A DNA stretch of 64,000 bases from Antedon mediterranea (Eukaryota; Animalia; Echinodermata), in contig NC_092670.1 in the NCBI RefSeq assembly GCF_964355755.1, positions 4,020,201-4,084,200 of the forward strand, written 5' to 3'. Below are positions 34,201 to 47,895 of the stretch, in pieces (position 1 is the stretch's first letter; every line of letters begins with the position of its first letter). The notes under the pieces are model-generated. The model was given only the letters and a program-made list of their open reading frames with translations, searched no databases and was not told the origin of the DNA. The position numbers and the translations under genes were made by a program.

Positions 34201-37200
34201 TGTGTTAATATTAATAATTTAAATGATAGAAGCACAATATGCTATATATCTACTGTAAAAAAGTGTAAATTTATTTTAGGTGGTACTGCTATGGCTACTA
34301 AAGTTTGCATTGGAAATGATGAAATTGCGCATTGGTCAAATAAAGTCATTGCAACAGATTGTTTTGGTAATGAAAATGTTGATGATCAACTAAATCGACT
34401 TAGTCAGGTAATGAATGAAATAAATAACATTTTGGTGAAATAGTAAGATAACAATATATTTCTAAAATGTATTGCTTTGGTTGTCAGATTTATTAAAATG
34501 GAGACCTTAATATACGAAATGGAAGACAAAATAAAGAAAGTACACTGTAGACCTACATGATGCAACAGTACTATATTTGGGTTGCCATAACTTGGGGTTG
34601 TTAATTTTCATTTCATTTCACATTTATTCAATTAATGAAAACTTAAAAAATGTAAACATTATAAACATCTTGGGAAAGACAACATACCGAAATAAAGAAT
34701 TATTTCGTATATTTACGTCACACTTTTTGTATATTAGAGTCTCTCTTTTTTAATACTAGGGTTTTCCTTTTAGTAGATACCTCTTTTCATATTGTAGGGT
34801 CTCCTATATACGCAAGGTGTCTGTTTTTCTATAGTGTAAGATCTCCATATTCCTATTGTATCGCGTCTCTTGTGGGTATATCGTTTCGAAACACCCGTAG
34901 GCCTATCATGTATTTATACTATTACTATATTTATGTATATTCTATCACATTTAATAGCGTGTTGTTATATATTGTGTATGAAATAATATATATATAATTT
35001 ACTTACTGATTTGCCTATATTAGAGTGAAACAATATTGTCAGTGTCTGAAACAGAACAATACCCTACTGCATTAAAAACATTTTAAGTAAATATTGAAAA
35101 TACTACAGTAACTTTTATATACAAACCATTTTTGTTTAATATAGATTGTAGTAACTGAGTCTAACGTTCACGAAATATCCAATTTGCTTGAAGACTTAAC
35201 ATCAGGTCTAAATACTATTTCTGGTAATGCTATGGATTCGATTGCTGATGTATTGGAGAATGTAGTTCTTGTTGCTTCAGCATCGTTCGAGGTAATTGTG
35301 TTATTTCTAGCAATAAAATACATTAGGCCAAGGCAATCTAACATGACACTGACCTCCGGTAGATCAAAAGGTGCATCTGTGGTTGCGATACGATCAGGTC
35401 AGAGCTCAGCATCCTGTTGCTTTGACTAGGCTTACTTTATAAAGCATTGGAAATGATATCGAATTCCATTTTCCTAATTATTAACGGCTATTCCAGCATT
35501 ATTTGATTGCATTAATTTACTGAATTTGTAACATTAATAATTTTTTTTGTAACAAAACTGTCATACTTTGTAATACCTGTCGCACTTTGCAATAACTGCT
35601 GTCGTGGTTTAATGTAAATCCAAAGTTATTTCTTCATGATTGTTCAAAGAAAATAAACGTACTTTAGCGTGAAAGCCATTTCGAATTCCTAATGTAGATT
35701 ATCCAAGACAATCATAAGTAATTTACTTTTACCAGAAAGAGGCAAGTTAACAAAGTAATGAAGTTTTGATATTTTTATTTTAAGGTAACTTCGTCTGTAT
35801 CGGGTTCTGTTCGTAATATTCTAAGAGATAAAGTAAAATTTGATTCGACGTCTAATCGTCCAACATCATCTTCAAGGATTGTGCAATCGTTAGAATCACA
35901 ATTATCATCTACGGGTGACGAGTTTACTTATACTAGTGAAGAAATTGATGTATATTCATTTATTGTTGAAAAAGAAGAATTCATAAATGGGTTAACTGTT
36001 CAAGGAGAAAGTCGAGGATTGTTCGGAGAAAACAAAACTCAATCTGCTGATGATGTCACTATCAGGATGCCTGCTGAAGTTGGATCATTATTAGGTGAGT
36101 AATAGCTACATAAGAAAATGTTTGAGTTCACAGTATATGCTTGTATTTTGTTGTAAATTGTTTTAGGTGAGCTTAAAATTGTTATTGTATAATCTTTATT
36201 TTTTTTTGTCGTTTGTGACATTATCCAACTTTTATTTACATCAAGATCAAATGTATCATCATTTTCCTTTATATAAAATAATAATAAAGAATGTTTCTAT
36301 ATAAGTTTAATCATTGGTGTTTTTTTTTCATTAAATAGGTGATGATGTATATTTGAATCACATAGTGTACCAGAATAACAAACTATTTGCTTCAAACTAT
36401 GAGTATCCTCAAAGAAGTCTACATAGCACTGTTGCATCTCTATCAGTTGTTGGAGTTGATGTGAATGGTCTCAATGAACCGGTGGTAATTACCTTTAAAC
36501 AACCAAAGGTAAGTACAAAGTCTAGCAATAAATGTAAAGTTTAAGGCCCGTCTTTTCCGTTTTTTACTACTGTAAAGCGATACAACAAAAAATCTAAATT
36601 TACCCGCTTGTATAATATTATGTATGATTACCCGGTGGTCTTGATAGGGGCGAGGACATACTTCCACATACAATGACATTTGATAAAGAGAGTACCCATC
36701 GGCACCCCTTCCTGATTAGAACATAAATCCGATTTTTCCTATCTTATATAGTAGAATATAATAAATTATTTGTACTACTGTTTTTGTTTGTTACTACGTA
36801 CAGTACATTAATTTTCTTATAAAGATACTTGTTCATTTTTAAATAGTTTTTCTGGGATACTTCTAATATTACAAACTGTGTATACTGGAATTTTGGAATT
36901 GGAGATTGGGCCGATGATGGCTGCGAACTTGTAAATGTGTTTGAAGATGGTAGTGTTGAATGCCACTGTAATCACTTGACAAATTTTGCTGTTCTAATGG
37001 TAAGATTGTTGTTACTTAAAAAGAACCAAATAATAATTAGTTGCCATATTTGTTATCATCTCCATCTCATAAAGAACAAAGTCTAAATATTATCTTAGAT
37101 AGTGGAAACAATCCAGGATGGGATAAACTGTATTTGTGTTTTTGAATTCAAGTTACCTTTCAATTAAATTAACTTTTTTTTGTAATATACTTATTTATTT

Positions 37201-38967
37201 ATTAAAGTATATGGTTTGTTCGACTATTTATAAATCATTTTGCAGTTTAAAATAATATTATTTTATAGAAGTAGTATTAGTATTTACGGTACCTAATTAA
37301 ATATGTTCTACTAGATTACTAATTAATAGTTTAAAAATCTTCTAGTTTATTACAAATTATTAAACGAAATGGGTGGAAGTTTCATTAACTTAAATAAAGT
37401 AATTATATGAAACATGTGGTTTCTATATTTTTTGAGGAAAAATGCAGTAGGTTTGTTTATTTAAAATAAATCGTTTTGTTTCCTGATTGTACAAATAATT
37501 TCAGCGCATTATTGTACTCGTTTTTCTGAAAAGATTTTGTTATAATTTAATTTTGTAGGATGTCCACGTTCAGAGTGTCAACACACAACTAGATACTGCA
37601 TTAGAAATAATCAGTATTATTGGATGTATCGTGTCGATAGTTTGTCTAAGCTTAACTTTAATAACGCTGTTATATTTCAAGTAAGTACAAATCTGAAATA
37701 ATACTATTCTATTATCATTCAGTCATTTAAAAAATAAACATACATATATTATAGTATTTGTGATTGTGATTTCTTTTTTTCAACAGACGTTTGAGAGCAA
37801 AGCGACATCATCAGATTTTGATCAACCTAAGCATTTCGCTAATTTTACTTTATCTGACCTTTATTGTAAGTTTGTATGTTACCAATTATAAGTGGGTATG
37901 CACTTTAATTGCGGCTCTACTTCATTACTTTGTGCTGTCCAGTCTTCTTTGGATGGCAGCCGAAGCTGTAGGGATGTATTATAACTTGATCAAAGTTTTT
38001 AACTCACACGTTTCAAGGTTTATTCTCAAAGCGAGTATGTTATGTTGGGGTGAGTACCGACAGTTAAAAACATCCATTAATATTTTTATTTAATTTTATC
38101 TTCACTATTATATAGGCCTATAAATGTAAGGAAAGTATACCAACATCTCAGAGATGAAAATTACATCGATGATGAAAATGACATCCACCATATTGAATGT
38201 TTACATCATATACATTGGCACAGTATTAATATTACTATTATGAAATTCAATTTTATTACAGGCTTACCAGTATTTGTCATTGCAGTAACAGTGGCCATAG
38301 ACAAAGAGCAATATATGAATGATGTCTAGTAAGTGAAAAAGTTTATTAATATTTATCACAAAATCACATCAGATACATTATGCCTATGGTGTAAAAAGAT
38401 TATTTGAAACAATTGTTCTTTTTTTTAAAATTTAGTTGCTTCATGGTGTCTGGTCCTGGACTATACTTCGGATTACTTTTGATAATTGGAATTATTTTGC
38501 TTTTTAATCTTATCGTTTATGCTCTGGTAATGAAGGAATTATTATTTTCCCGCATTCAGCCAGCTGTACAGAAGACTGAACATTCAAAGACTAACAGAAC
38601 AATTAAACGGCTTCAAAATGCATTTGCAGTCTCCGTACTCTTGGGTTTAACTTGGCTCTTCGGCTTTATATCAATGAATTCCACTGCTTCTGTTGTTTTT
38701 GAAGTTTTATTCTGCATTTTTAATTCTTTCCAGGGCTTAATTATATTTATATTTTTTTGTTTGAGAAATCAAGAAGTTCGTAAAACATGGAAGGCGAAGT
38801 GTCTTTACGGTTCAGATCGATATATAAACTCTTCATTTCTCAACTCTCAGAAAGAAATGATGAGTAGAAAATATAGCACAGTTAATCAAACGAGCATGAC
38901 CACATCCACCGCCAGATGCTCTTCAATTGTAGAGTTAGATAGAGTAAACGAAAGCATTAAACACTAG
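28223..38967 (+). CDS. Adhesion GPCR: somatomedin B, HYR, EGF, 3xHYR, HormR-like, GAIN/GPS, 7TM (N-terminal signal exon not located)
   Basis: Phase-compatible AG/GT exons: 28223-28348 (SMB SCLNRC..CQCDNLC..DCCSDY..C), 29057-29326, 29601-29711 (EGF), 31641-31892, 32621-32863, 33398-33646, 33878-33979, 34280-34407, 35145-35291, 35785-36094, 36339-36508, 36847-36999 (GPS CVYW..W..DGC..CHCNHL/TNFAVLM), 37559-37680, 37787-38049 (LLHYF..WMAAEA), 38262-38328, 38436-38967 (LLGLTWLFG, FNSFQG). AATAAA at 38981. Confidence 0.93.
30176..31596 (+). mobile_element. Non-autonomous Helentron/Helitron2-like element, copy 2 (aGPCR intron)
   Basis: Same 5' hairpin and 3' end as 17742-19481; colinear along its length. 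Confidence 0.75.
32904..33239. mobile_element. TTAA-flanked MITE (Kolobok-like)
   Basis: TTAA|AGATGTATTGTCCC..GGGAAAATTATACATCT|TTAA; related copies at ~56035-56170 (inverted, partial) and ~60160-60426. Confidence 0.65.
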
Positions 38968-40607
38968 AAAGACAATTTCTAATAAAGCTTTATATGCTAT
39001 TTTCAAATTTATACATCTGTAGAGAGTTTTAAAAGCGGGCTAATAAAACATTCTATAAATAAAATTGATTCTATGTTACAGGTAGAAAGAGGTCCATTTA
39101 TGATTAAATTCAATTTATTATATAGTACCAACAAATAAAACATTCCCCTCTATTTTTACGTGAACCATTAATTTAATTAATTATTCTTTAATATCATGAT
39201 CATTACAGATTAATGTTACCGGTATTTGTTAATTCTACATCGTGTTAGCACATTGTTATCCTCATATTCAGAGCGGGTATCCCAAAAGTAGGAAATATTT
39301 GGATAACAAACACACCAGTCAGGGTTCCAGACGGAGTTTGTACTTAATAGTAGTAAAAAGATAAATACTTTGGTACATACGTGTATACTATTTTATTAAT
39401 TTATTTTTTATACTTGATACTTGATACTTGATAAATCTTGAATCTAAAATGGCCTATTCAAATTTTAATATTGTTCATGCCTCGGGGACAAATCATCTTT
39501 AAAATGTATATTTTGCATAAAGTGCTATTCATTATAATTTCAAAACACATGTTTTGCACCATATTATGTTATATTCATTATTCTCTTACACATTCCACTT
39601 ATATAGTTTTTTTTATTAAATATTTTGTAAATAATTTTGTTAATTATATTTATTTATTTATTTATTTGTTGAAATTACACATTTAGATCGGTGGCACACT
39701 TAGCACAAAGGTGCATCCTTCACAATAACAATATAAAATATAACAATTAACAGAAACATAAAAAGGCAAAAGCAACTATCAACCTACATACATACATACA
39801 GTAGATCATTATATCTGATCAATTGTTTTTACAAACATGACATCACAATTTTTAATTTAAGTGTTAAAAGAAATTTTGCCTAAAATATGAGAAGGAGTAA
39901 ATTGTCGTTACTAAAGATAGTGTATGCTCTTTAGTGTATGTGTCAGGAGAATACACTCATATTTAATATTTACAAGTATCTTATTTTTAATATGATTATT
40001 ATATTATGCAATCTTTTGGAGCATATCCCACTGAGCTAGGTTACTTTTCCTACGTGACTTTTCTAGAATTCCAATAGAAGTTTAATAGTAAAGATAAATA
40101 GAAGCAAGTAAAATAACAAGAGGTTGGAAAGAAAAAAAATTAATTTATCTTTACTATTTAACTTCTAATGGAATTCAAGAAAAGCTACGTAGTAAAAGTA
40201 AACTGGAAAACTATAGTCTATTTGTAGATTTTATGCAGGCTTTTGTTGACCGTGTAGATAGATTAATTTTATTTTGTAAATTATATAATTTAAACCTTGG
40301 CTGAACTATTGAAATCTATGTACACGGACACTGAATAAAACAATTAAAACACCGCATGGATGATATAGAATGTCACATTGATTAAAGCAATGATCCTCTC
40401 TCCACTTCTTTTTACTCTTTTTTTATATGATTTTAAAGACATTTTATTGAAAGAAAATAATCATTATTGTTCAATTTGATAACAATTTATTTCACACTTA
40501 TTATTTGCAGACGATTTGGTCTACAAAAGCAAATACATTATTATGAAATATTGCAATGTAAATAAGTTCTAAATAAATAAGTTATAAACTAAAGCCATTG
40601 TGTTCAG

Positions 40608-41006
40608 AAATGGCGGAACTACCGTGGACGATAAATGGTGCATGGTGTAGATATAAATGGCGGAACTACCGGGGACGATAAATGGTGCATACATGGTGTA
40701 GATATAAATGGCGGAACTACCGGGGACGATAAATGGTGCATACATGGTGTAGATATAAATGGCGGAACTACCGTGGACGATAAATGGTGCATGGTGTAGA
40801 TATAAATGGCGGAACTACCGGGGACGATAAATGGTGCATACATGGTGTAGATAAATGGCGGAACTACCGGGGACGATAAATGGTGCATACATGGTGTAGA
40901 TATAAATGGCGGAACTACCGGGGACGATAAATGGTGCATACATGGTGTAGATATAAATGGTGGAACTACCGGGGACGATAAATGGTGCATACATGGTGTA
41001 GATATA
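40608..41006. repeat. Minisatellite, 8 copies of a ~51-bp unit
   Basis: Unit ATGGCGGAACTACCGGGGACGATAAATGGTGCATACATGGTGTAGATATAA, with 47- and 49-bp variants. Confidence 0.95.
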
Positions 41007-41519
41007 GAAATAGTAAAAGAATATAAATATGTGGGTTGTATTGTAAGACTAATTTAAAGTATACACGTTAAAAATATATTTATACAATACAATTAAGTTT
41101 TTTTTTTGTAATTTACTTATGTAAAACTTATGAAAAAAGAAAACCTGTATGTCCGGCCAGTTATATAGATTTTATTATGTGAAATGGACCGGAGGCCATG
41201 TTTATTGAAATAAATGAAAGAAAGAAAGAAATTGAAAGGTCATAGAAACTTTATCAATTTCTAGGTAGTGTACATTTATTTGTTGTATTTATATTTATAA
41301 TAATCAAATATTAATTTTGTCAAACGTTACTGAAATATGCAGGTTTTTCAAATATTAGTCACAACATTGGATAGAGCTTTATAGCATATTTTATGGCGTT
41401 TAATTTGATACCACATGTCATCGAAGGGAGCTTTAGAATTGTATAATATTCCAAACCAAAATAAATTTACTAGCTACTGTATACTCTACAGTATGGTAAA
41501 TATTTGGCGAATGGTGTGT

Positions 41520-41640
41520 ATAGGCCTAGATGAAGAATTGTTTGATTGACGTTTGTCGGCGGCTCTACGACGCAGTTTCTGAGAACTTAATGTTGTTTAC
41601 TGGATTGTAGGGGTATGTCGGTAACTACACGACCTTATAA
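41520..41640 (+). promoter_or_regulatory. Putative promoter and non-coding first exon of the ANKRA2-like gene
   Basis: Locally CpG-rich; donor GTGAGT at 41641; acceptor at 43070 lies just before the ATG. Confidence 0.4.
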
Positions 41641-41958
41641 GTGAGTAACGCCACTACCCGGAATATGCACAGAGTACTTAGTTTAGTTGAGGATTATATT
41701 TTTGTTCTGGGCACGGACTTTGCTCTGAAATAACTCGGAAGGAAAACTGAAACAAATAATAGTATGTCTATACATCCTAAACAGTTGTATTTAATACCCG
41801 CCGATAGGCCCTGCTTTATAATTAAATAGAGCATTTCAGACTACAATTACGTTACAAATCAAAAATTGATAATGAATAAGTATTTCTTTCTAAATTATTA
41901 AATAGAATATCAATAAAAAAAAAGGCATCTTTTAATGAATAAAGAACAATAATTAGAA

Positions 41959-42107
41959 CTGTTACGTCAAAAAGTCAAGCGGCGTATTTATTCAGTAATA
42001 AGATAATATAATATAAAATATATAAGTGGAAAACTGTATTCAGAATAAACAAGAAATATAGAAATATTTCTTACAACAAACGCCGCTCTACTTTTTGACG
42101 TAACAGT
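41959..42107. mobile_element. Short inverted-repeat element
   Basis: CTGTTACGTCAAAAAGT..GCGGCGT / ACGCCGC..ACTTTTTGACGTAACAG. Confidence 0.55.
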
Positions 42108-43101
42108 TTTAATTTAGCGTAATTGTCAACAAAAAAAATGCGTTAAATATAATGGATTCCTCCACAGAGTTTTTAGCCCTCTTTTTTTGCTCTTTTGGCG
42201 TTCCATAGTAAATATTGAACATTTTTATTGAGTAGTCGAGTATGCGAAATTGGCAAACAGTATGACAGAAAAAGCGTCTGTAAAATCAACAATTTAAAAG
42301 TTTTATTTGTTACTTTTTATGTGATTCTTCTTCATAAAAGTACTAATTCTAAGGTGTGGTATTCAGGATAAATTTGAAGTTAAAATTCAGGTGCAAAAGG
42401 AACTAGCCTGCTAGGCCTGGCTAGGCCTAGCTAGCGCTGACCTGAGCTAGGCTAGCAGGAGCCTAGCCTAGCTAACTAAGCTAGGTCTACTATTAAAATA
42501 AAGACTAGGCCTAGGCTAAGACGATTCGGGCCTTGGGACGATTCGCTCCGAGACGATTCGGCCTTGAGACGATTCAGCCCACTATATTTTTTGACTTTGA
42601 TGCATCTTATAATAACTTATAAAAAGAATAAGCAAATTGTTTTCAAACTTTCTTTTCAGAGAGACTATTGGGTAGCCTACCTCCTAGCTAGCTAGGCCTA
42701 GATAGTACTCTAGGGATAATGATACAATAAAATATTTTGAAAATATAAGGCGTAAAACATTGCCGAAAAGGATAAATTTTTAGCCACTCGAACGAGGTAA
42801 ACATTGAGCCCTCTGTTGGCCATTGACTGAATCATCCCTTGCTGAATTGTCTCACCTGAATTGAGAGCTGGGGCCCCCTGATCATCTCAGCGTAATATAA
42901 TAGAAAACGCAATATAATATAGTACTATAATTATTAATAATGTCGCAGTGCCAGAACTATATAACTACAGCCGTAATTTTAAAACCACTGCAGTATAATT
43001 TTAATGTTAATTAAAACTAGATTTATTGTTGATTCATAATGGTAATTGTCTTCTGGTTGATTTGTTAAAGGTGGAGCTTTACAGATTAAGATTTCTTTAA
43101 G

Positions 43102-46100
43102 ATGAGTGAAAATGTCAAAACAGAAGTTTCATTTCCGCAAGTTTCATTTGACGTTGAAGTTGATGGATCAAAACCAGACATGAAATTATGTTCTAGTGTG
43201 GTGAAGTCAATTCAGGAGAAAGACCACTACCACGAACAAGACAACTATGAAGTGCAGTCTATCTTATTTCCAGGTAAATTATCATGTATGTAATTATAAA
43301 TGTTAATGATTATTTTAAATACTGAGAATAAAAAAATAATGAGAGAAGAATTGTATATGTACTGCAGTGATTATTTAGAATTTAATGTCAGTCTTATTCG
43401 AAAAGGATAATGACAAAATTTGATGTGCATGTGATAATGATAGTTATTCGCAATTATAACATGGGTTAAAGGATGTAGCCAATCAGACGCGCTGAAATGA
43501 GTCATGTGTGCGCACTTTATATCATGCACTCGGGTGCAAAAAGTGCGCAGCAAAAAAGGATAACGGCACTCGGGTAAATCGTATTGCAGAATACCGAGCG
43601 CGCTAGTCTCGCTGCACAATTTAAGAGTACGAACCAGGTCGTCGACTGCACAGCGGCCTCATTAAAAAAACAGTTTTGCTAGGCCTAGGCTAGCTAGGCA
43701 GTAATACGATTGCTGAGCAGTTAGTGGTGCTTGCCTTGGTAGGCCTAGCTTCTTTCTAGGTTAGGTCTAGGTGTATTTGTTCAAAAAGGTAGAAGTGAAA
43801 ATTGCTCATCCCCATGTTATAAAACAAGTAATGCACAAGTCTAAATTCGTACGTTTGCACCACAATGTGGTATTGTAAAGAGTGCACCGCATCTCCAATA
43901 ACGCACTCTGACTTGTGCATTATTTGTATAATGTACACCAATCGTCAGGGCCAATACAGAAAGCCTAAAAATTACAAAGCAGAACAAAAATAATAGGCAT
44001 GTACACTATTTGAAATAATGTATAGTTGTTATATATATTTTGTTTGCCATTTAAAATCCAATTAGAAACTCGAGATTCATTGTCACTTGTAAAGCGGCCT
44101 TGTATGAGTCGTTCGTCATCCTCTGGTAAATCTTCAAGTTACTCACCATTGAGGGTAAGTCTGAAAAATGAATTTAATTTAAAATATAATCAATTATTAC
44201 TTTTGCAATTCAATTTATGGATGAACATTTTATTTACTGTAACTAACTGTGGATTAGCTTTACATCAGGGAGTTGAGTAATTGGGATGTTTGCCCTAATC
44301 TGACTTAATTTTTGTACTTTATAGTAAGTATTGAGAACACTTGCATGTAATTCTCAAGTGGGACTCGTACCCACGACCTCCAGATCTCTAGCCTGGCATT
44401 CAAACGTCTAGTTTAGTTTATTATGTTTTGATTCAAACTGTTAGTGGCAGTTTTCATTGCTGTTGAATATCAACTGAATAAAATAAAAAATATGAGACAC
44501 CCAACAGGATGGTAATTAGATTTACTGTGGAGTAGCTTTGTGTTTGGGAATTGAGTAATTTGGTAATTGTTGTACTTTAAGTACATTAACAATCCAATTT
44601 AATACTCCAATGCAAGGATATAAGCCAACTTTAATGTGTTATGATTTCTAATAATAATGAATCTTAAGTATACTGTACATTGACAACGTTTTTTCATAAT
44701 ACATTATACTAACTAGTTTTGTTATCTTTGCATCTTTTTAACAGTCTGTCACATTTACGAATACAAAACGAGGAAACAGACAAACAGAAACACCCTCAAT
44801 ATCAGGTGGTAAGTATATACTGTAAAACTGTATTTTAATATGTCAGAGCTATTCACTATAATGATGTAAATGTAAATACAGTTGTTATGGCTTGTTAAGA
44901 ATCAGCTCAATTATCTACATTCACACACACTAAAGCTTTGTCTACTGTACACTATCAAACTAGTTTGACAAAAAAAGTGTGATGTGCCCAAATATGGTAG
45001 TGATATGATATCATCATGTCCATTATATAGATACATCACACTTTTTTGTCATATAAAGTTTGATAGTGTAGACAGAGCTTAAAACAGAAAAGCATCATGC
45101 ATGAATTAAACTTGTGATCTTCATACAGTACATATTATTATATTTACAACAAAGGAAATACTTCTCATTATATTAGTAGGATCAGCTATTAACCCTGTAA
45201 TTCAATGTACATTTGTTATTCTTAACTGACTACAAATAATGAGAGGCAAGCCATGATTCAAGGAATTCCTGATGATGATCAAATAAAGATCGAAACATTG
45301 AATCATGGCTTGTTTCTCGTTATTTGGATTGATTTTTTTACAATGTAATTTAAATATAATCAGTGCATCTATTGGTTTTTGTTATTCTTGATTATTGTAA
45401 TTTAAATGTTAATATTTTACAGCTGATTTAACAATGCATCAACTAGCAGCCCAAGGTGACTGTGTCTTACTACAGGAGAGGTTAGAGAGTGGTACAGATG
45501 TGGATCAGTTAGATGATCTTAAGTATACTCCTCTCATGTGGGCTTGTGCCAATGATCAAAGAGACATTGTAACCATTCTTATACAAAATGGTGCAAATCC
45601 AAGGCGTTGTGGCCAGGACGGTGAAACAGCTCTCTCATTCGCTGTCAATGCTGGCAGCCTAGATATTATAAACACTTTGTGTAAATTGAGAGTGGATGTT
45701 AACGCATATGATTGGGTAAGTTACTATAGGCACTAACATTTTTGTTTGAATAAGTTGCATTTTTAGAATGAATATATCTCAAAGATAAAATAGCATCTTA
45801 GGATCTTAGTGATGTTGTCAGTATGGGACCCAATTTGGAGTTTAAAGAGGAATATATTGATTGATTTTTGGTTAAATGTGTTTAGAATGGTGGAACTCCT
45901 TTAATGTATGCTGTGCATGGGGATCATGCAGAGTGTGCTGAGTTGTTACTTAAGTATGGTGCAGATATAACGCAAGAGAATGAATCAAGCCTTACACCAT
46001 ACAGCCTAGCAGTAACATTGGGAAGTGTCAAAGGTATAGTACACTGCAATCAATAATGTATAATGTATTTTTGAATAAATTCAATAAAAAAAATATATAT

Positions 46101-47372
46101 ACCGTATATTGTGGGTGATGCGTTTTCACATTTGTGGTTGTTTTCAAATTTGTGGGTAATGCATTTTCACATTTGTGGTTGTTTTTACATTTGTGGGTGA
46201 TGCGTTTTCACATTTCATTTGTGATTTCAACAACTCTCCCTCACAAGGGTATTTTTTGGCAATTTTTTTGTTAAGTTACTGTATATTGTTCACTAAAGTC
46301 CATCTGAAAGTATTACATTTTTTTAGATACAATATTTGTTTTTAAAATTTGAACGATAATTGTTTTATTTAAAGTATTGAAAGTACTGGAAGATCACTTA
46401 CTGTCGTTATTGCAAAAAAGCTGTAAAGGAAAGGTAAGCCTGGATTTTAAAATTAATGTATGTTTTGAACAATTTGATACTAAATGAAAAAACTGTGTCA
46501 TTGGAAATGTATTAAGTGTAATCATAGTGACATCAGATAACTGTTTTAGTATTTCAATTTAATATTTTTCGTGGACAGAGGTTCTATTTTTAATCTCTGG
46601 AACTCCATTTTGACCAATCTTGTTCTGAGATTTAATATTTAACTGATATTAAACAAGGCCATATAGATGGCTGCAGTCGCGTGCTTAGTGTTTACCGACC
46701 GACCAACCTACCAACTGATCGAAATTACTGAACATGTTTAAAAATGTTTAAATGTTTAAAAACAGTTATATTTTTTTAATTTACACGTGCGTAGCCTGTC
46801 ACTTTTGACGTGCTCAAACGTAATTTTGAGTTGAAAAGTAAGTCAAGAAAACAGAAATCGGGCAAAAAGAGTGCGCAATAACATTTAACGCGCAGTGCGC
46901 GCGCAAAAATCTGCGCACTCATGGCAATTTTGTAAACGCTTAAAATTGCCTGAAACGTACTCTTATTTCATCGAAAATAAATTTTGAAATGCGTTACATG
47001 CGCTACGCACGTAATTGTATTGCCATATGATTATATATGCCCTGAAATTTATGAGTACCAAATTTTATTTAATTGTGATTCATGGTTGTGAAGATATGAT
47101 TACAAACGTGATTTCGTTAAATCGTGCGTAGACCGCGTAATTTTTTATTGCGCACCGTGAAAACATAACCACATCGATTCCTGGCCATAAGGAATATACT
47201 GTGAAAAATTGACTTAGCTAGATTAAACTGATATCAAGATAAGGTCAGAAAGCGATAAAACGCATAGTGATACCAGACCGACAGACAGACCGACCGACCG
47301 ACATAGTGAACTATAGAGTCTATAAAAATACAAGATAATTTACACAATTTATCTATCTTATTCCAGTGTTGA
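43102..47372 (+). CDS. ANKRA2: Ankyrin repeat family A protein (ANKRA2/RFXANK family)
   Basis: Exons 43102-43273, 44066-44154, 44745-44808 ([11 protein letters not shown], cf. ANKRA2 STTLTNKHRGN), 45423-45715 ([25 protein letters not shown]), 45886-46033 ([14 protein letters not shown]), 46375-46433 ([11 protein letters not shown]), probable last exon 47367-47372 (C*). All phases compatible. Confidence 0.9.
44934..45079. mobile_element. PIF/Harbinger-like MITE
   Basis: TAA|AGCTTTGTCTAC..ACACTATCAAACT .. AGTTTGATAGTGTAGACAGAGCT|TAA (3-bp TAA TSD). Confidence 0.7.
46110..46225. repeat. Short tandem repeat (~41-bp unit, TGTGGGTGATGCGTTTTCACATT / TGTGGTTGTTTT)
   Basis: About 2.5 copies visible. 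Confidence 0.7.
46652..47328. mobile_element. Helentron/DINE-1-like non-autonomous element
   Basis: AACAAGGCC..GCTGCAGTCGCGTGC at one end; (GACA/GACC)n microsatellite and TATAGAGTC at the other, the DINE/HINE layout. Confidence 0.6.
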
Positions 47373-47694
47373 TACTGAAGAGGATTCTGATTGAACTGAT
47401 CAACTAACAACTTTCAATGGATTATATAACTAAACTGTGAGAAATGCAATCTTGCCGGATTATTTTAAGTGCAATTTTTATTTAATTCCAATTATGTGCA
47501 TAAAATCAGATGATTTTTATACTCACTCATGTTTCCCCAACAAAGTGTCTCTCATTTTCAGTACATGAATGTGGGAAGGGTTTTAAATTAAAGCAATGGT
47601 TTCAATAAAGTGTACGGATTATGAATGGTACTGGTATTGGTGTCTGTTACTAAACATTTGAAGAAACCAATTGGCCAATCAAAAGTCAAAGTTA

Positions 47695-47895
47695 ACTTTG
47701 CACAGACTTGACAAGCAGTTGTTATCTTTCTTACCTCCTCTACTGTGAATGGGAGGTTCTTCGTTTTAACAAAAGTCCACATCCTACAGTAGCAATTCCT
47801 GGATGGCACAACATATTGTGGAGCTCGACAAGGCGGTCAGTTACTTTACTCGCTGAGCAGAACGCTCTAGTCATTGTGTCTGCGGGAGTTTTTTC
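47695..47895 (-). mobile_element. Ty3/Gypsy pol relic (RNase H end and integrase H2C2 zinc finger)
   Basis: ADTMTRAFCSA..LVELHNMLCHPGI/fs/RMWTFVKTKNLPFTVEEVRKITTACQVCAKL. Confidence 0.75.

Noticed and set aside
40619-40990. 123-aa repetitive ORF (MHHLSSPVVPPFISTPC)n
   Set aside because: By-product of a 51-bp minisatellite; unit indels shift the frame freely.
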